From contig DF237151.1 in NCBI GenBank assembly GCA_000708835.1, forward strand, positions 62,001-126,000: a DNA stretch of 64,000 nt, written 5' to 3'. The stretch is from Klebsormidium nitens (taxonomy: Eukaryota; Plantae; Klebsormidiophyceae). The notes beneath the pieces are model-generated. The model was given only the letters and a program-made list of their open reading frames with translations. It made no database searches and had not been told where the DNA came from. Below, piece by piece: positions 60,016 through 64,000 of this stretch. Within the stretch, counting starts at the first letter, position 1. The number at the start of each line of letters is the position of its first letter. The position numbers were made by a program, and so were the translations under genes.

Positions 60016-63000
60016 TCATCCGTCCATGTCATACGACTCCGCCCTGCTGCTCGTCTGCGTGCTCCGCTCCTTCATGTTGTGCATCTGCTCCTGCAACCGC
60101 TGACGTGTGCACGTGCCGGCTAGCCACCGCTGCTTCGTGTAGTTCTGCGAGGAGCCACGTCAGCAGTGACGTCAGACATGGGAGGAGTGGATGTGAAGAT
60201 CACAAGCAGAACATGTACCGGTTGGATTCCAGGGCTGGCAGAACCTAGCAACCCTGGAGACTAGAAAACTTAGCAACCCTGAAAGACTACAGCTTTTGAC
60301 ACTGTCAAGAAGCTTTTCCACCGTCACAACTTTACGACGACCTGCTGACTGGTGAGAGTATTGCCAGCAGATACTATGACAGCTGGCAGCCAAGCGGCTG
60401 CGACCTTAAGTGTCAAGAGCATCTACCGTCCTGGATTTCACGAAGCGAATAGAGGAAGGAATAGAGAAGACAAATACTGCAAGGCCTGCCGTCTGATCAA
60501 ACTGTAGACTTCAAGGTGGCTTCTTTTGAGTACAATCTGAAAAGATCATGCCAACGCAGCCAGCAAACGCATATGAGTGCGCTGTCCACACTCACCCGCG
60601 TTGGAAGAGCCTCCGCCAGAGCGAACGACACGGCAACCGGGTCGGTGACGTCTGCAGAGAGGACCTTGTCTCGTCGCCACTCCTGGAAGTGACGTAAGCA
60701 GACGGAGGGTCAGTATCCGATTCTAAAAACCATTTTTGGAAGATTTACGGCATAGTGCAGATCTGCAAGGCCACACTGGACGACCATACTGCGCCGCCCT
60801 TCTTGAGAATTTTTTGAATCCAAGCCGAACAGTTTTTAACACAGCGCAAAGACGGGGAGTACGTAATGCGTTCTCCGTTTCCACAGAGACAGCCGCAGAG
60901 CATCAACGTTACCCAAAGCTCCACCCGACCGTCACGCTATATACACCGCAACTCTTCCTTGAACAACAGCTGCGCCAGCCGGGCTCACCCTCTTCCGCAC
61001 CCTTCAATCAGGAGAGCCTTCAATAAAGCCTTCGAAAGCCCTCACATCCGCAAGCCTTTTGTCTAATAGCTCCACGAATCGGATCCTTCCTGTTGTCTCC
61101 AATGAGGTCATGCGGGATACAATAAGATTCAAAGAGCTGAAGTGCAGACACTAAAACTCCCCAGGGTTCCAAAGTGCCGCCCGACGCAAAATCCTCAAGA
61201 CCGCAACAACCGGCCTTAATCTTTTCACTTACATTAGGGTAGCTCCGTCGAAAGAGCGCTATGCTCCGCCGCGCAAGCCCGATGAGCTCTTCCCGCTCCC
61301 GGTCGCTGGTGCATGGCTCGTCGTCAAAGAACTCCACCTCAGCAACGTACAAGCCAAAACTCGACGGAGGCACCCATATCCTGCGGCAGAAAAAGATCAC
61401 TCGGTGAAGCCAGGGTGTCAAAGAGCAATTGGGGGCCGAGTATGCTGTGACGTGGTTCCAAAGAGTGCAGTGAAATCTTCGATCAAAACCACAGAAGATC
61501 CATCTCAGGCCAATTATGGCCGAAGCTCGACGGGGGGCTCGAGATATCCTGTGACAGAAAACGACCGGTATGTTCGGAGGGTGCATCCTTCGGTATAGGG
61601 GGTGGAATTGTTTGGACACGGTCTCGAGCAGGAACTTGCATGAAAGAAAATAAGCGGCAGCGGGCATGCAAGCCCAAAGTTAAGGAGCGCTTTCGTATCA
61701 TTGGACTCTGTGAATGTGGTGCTATGTTACTAATTTATCTGTCCTGTGAAAGATTTGACGCAAGATGGACGTGTTAAAGCTATTGAAAGGTGTTTCCTGC
61801 TCTCAAGCGGCTCCCTTCGGGAAGTCAGGTTGTCGACAGGAGCTTCAACTCGACGATGTGAAAGGAGCTCGCAAATTTCTGTGTACACAAACAGCAGAAG
61901 AGACAGTATTCCTTTCTCAGGTAGAAATTCAAGGCTTGAGGCTTGCCATTCACAGTCCGGTTCCCAAAGAAAAACTGATAAGACATCCCCGTGCTCTGAT
62001 CTGAGTGGCCTTTGCGTGACCTCAGCATAGTAAAACGAGAAACGAGTACAGCAAAAGCAGATTCTCGGAGTTTGGTCACATTTTATTTTACCAGTCTTGA
62101 TCGAACTTATTTACCCTAGGTCGGGCCTGGAGGTCCAGTACCAGGTGTCGTTTTGAAAAACCTCGTAACTTACTCGCACCTTACATTTCGACACGTGGCA
62201 CCCGCTGGCCGGATCATCTAGACCTCTCAGACATAATCCAAAAGCCCGTGCACCGTACGACCTTCAGTTGAGACTACGGCCGCTTCCTAGGATCACATCA
62301 CTTGCTCACCTGGGCGTTTTAAGGCGAAACCGCTGCAGCCCGTGCAACTCTACATTCGACCGAAAGGCCTCGTCGTACTCAATAACGTCAATGGACGCGG
62401 CAGTTCCGACGATCTGGCCCGTGGCGGGATCGGGGTCTAGGGAGCACACGCCGAGCGGGCTGCCTTCCTCGACACAGTGTCTAGCCTGCACGTTGGAGCA
62501 AGCATTCCTTTCTTTTCATGGGCAGGCGAAAGAATGACGTATCCTTCTTGCCTGAAAACGAATCCAAAGCACGCAGAAGTGTCGACGGTTCAACCCGTGG
62601 CGAGGGGTAGAGAGCACACGTTGAGCGGGCTGCCAAGAGCAATATTTTGCCTGGAGTTGAAGTAAGCGATCTCAATCCTTTCAGGTTCTGCCGGAAGCCT
62701 CTTGAATCTCGTTGCTGTGTGACTGAAAATCGATAGCGGAAATTTCCTGACTTTAACGTCCGTGGTCGGATCAACATCAGCGAGCCGTGCCGGGCGGAAC
62801 AACCCTTATCAAAGCTTAGCTTGCAGATGGAGTTAGCTCTTCCCAAGAACTGCAGAAGCTGCTGATAAGCGCGTACAATTGGTCTCCTCTCCTTCACAGG
62901 GTTTTTGGTCGCGAAATTGCTTTGAAGGTCCTCTCACTCCCTCCCTTGTCTAGCGAGACTTTGGCAGCCTCAGACTACAGTGCTTCTTCTAATCCGGATC

Positions 63001-63806
63001 TCCAGACGCGAACATATTCAATTAGATAGAAAGAAGAGGCGCGGAATGCTCACCAGCAATCGGTACCGCGGCTCGAATATGAACCGTTCAATCGTCTCCC
63101 CAGGGCACGGTGGCGGGTACACCAGAAACAGCGGCAGCTTCGCCACCATTCCAGGCGCCAACCGCGGGTCCCGTTTCCAGGGGGTCCCCTCCCGGCCCTC
63201 CATACCCCCCCTTTCCGAAACCAGCCGCCCGAACCGCCGCTCTAGCGACGCCTTCCGCAGCTCGATGTACTTGTTCGTGACCTGGAGTGCGTCCAGGATC
63301 TCTTCCGGGTTTTCCGGGCTTCTCCAGAGCGTTTTCTCCTCCGAGGCCCTGTTGGGCGCGCTGGTGCTCGCTCTGCGGGTGCTGTTTGGCGCGGCGCGGG
63401 CGTTTATGGGGCCCTTGAGTTTCGAGCGCCACCAGCGGAAGAGGGATTCGAGCGACTCCAGCTTTTCGTCGGAGCGGTGGAGGGTGCGCCGGCGCTCGGC
63501 GCGCGACGCGTCCGGCTTGGCCGGACGAAAGAGCTCGCGGCTGATGACGTCACTGCATCAGGAAGAGATGGCATGAGCGTAAAAGAAAATAAATGCTGCA
63601 ACGATTTGTAAAGCAGTGGACAACGGACTTCGTAAAAGCACCAAGAAAAGTGTCCTGGATGATATGCATAATGAGGACAAAGGTCAGCTTCTTTCTTGGC
63701 AGAAGGTGGTGACGTCACCTGCTAAAGTCGGAGCAGGCAAGCCAACAGTTTCAGGCAGTTTGGGTTGTAGTCCGTGCGTTTTAACAGAGGTCGAAGCGCT
63801 TCTACT
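60016..63806 (-). CDS. Lon protease N-terminal substrate-binding (PUA-like) domain protein without a protease domain; 5' end not resolved
   Basis: In-phase GT-AG exons 63552-63054, 62485-62310, 61380-61233, 60682-60596 and 60144-60016, plus a tentative exon 63806-63723. Reads LPLFLVYPPPCPGETIERFIFEPRYRLL|ARHCVEEGSPLGV...GLQRFRL...LYVAEVEFFDD...DPVAVSFALAEALP...KQRWLAGTCTRQRL, matching the Lon-N/LONRF pattern (IFEPRYRLM, G..RFRI, VAEVE). Confidence 0.88.
61490..61570 (-). repeat. Intronic copy of acceptor plus exon start, 168 bp upstream of the acceptor at 61381
   Basis: ttttctgtcacag|GATATC..CCCCCGTCGAGCTTCGGC versus true ttttctgccgcag|GATATG..CCTCCGTCGAGTTTTGGC; PPSSFG is encoded in both. 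Confidence 0.8.
62590..62670 (-). repeat. Intronic copy of acceptor plus exon start, 165 bp upstream of the acceptor at 62486
   Basis: aactccag|GC...GGCAGCCCGCTCAACGTGTGCTCTCTA...GCCACGGG versus true acgtgcag|GC...GGCAGCCCGCTCGGCGTGTGCTCCCTA...GCCACGGG (GSPLNVCSLPLATG versus GSPLGVCSLDPDPATG). Confidence 0.8.
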
Positions 63807-64000
63807 CTGAAAGTTGGCGAGGACTCGGCCGATAGGTATGCAATACTTGAGTCGCATTTGTCTGTACAGCCGGGGTCTAGGCGGTGATAGCGTTTTCACC
63901 TTTTGTCAAGTAGCGAACAGTACGAGGCAAGTTGCACCACACCCTCGCCCGGAACGCCCGAATTCCCAGCCAAACATTCGACACCGAAAAGCAAAGGAAG

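Noticed and set aside
62980-63576. 198-aa plus-strand ORF
   Set aside because: Antisense to the GC-rich Lon-domain exon.
1-64000. rRNA, tRNA or CRISPR arrays
   Set aside because: No tRNA-like T-loop or cloverleaf, no rRNA signature and no regularly spaced repeat-spacer array seen by eye.

Overview
Intron-rich eukaryotic DNA of roughly 50% GC with GT-AG introns and CTRAC-type branch points. The plant-type permease and intron style suggest a streptophyte alga such as Klebsormidium (inference, not verified). Both ends carry conserved spliced genes on the minus strand: a BAT1-like amino acid/GABA permease (5085 to <1) and a Lon substrate-binding (PUA-like) domain protein (>63806 to 60016). Between them lie three intact two-exon paralogues of an unrecognised small secreted protein with an invariant 8-Cys domain, in a triplicated and partly inverted cassette of about 4 kb. 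Next come about 40 kb of frameshifted, mostly minus-strand LRR (probably F-box/RNI-like) gene relics in a mosaic tandem array, with one spliced multi-pass membrane protein candidate inside it. The most unexpected signal is in the two conserved genes. Several introns contain a copy of their own 3' splice site plus the start of the next exon, placed 153-168 bp upstream of the true acceptor, and these copies differ from the real exon mainly at synonymous positions. No rRNA, tRNA, CRISPR array or recognisable transposase/RT was seen. All alignments were made by eye; no database searches were run.
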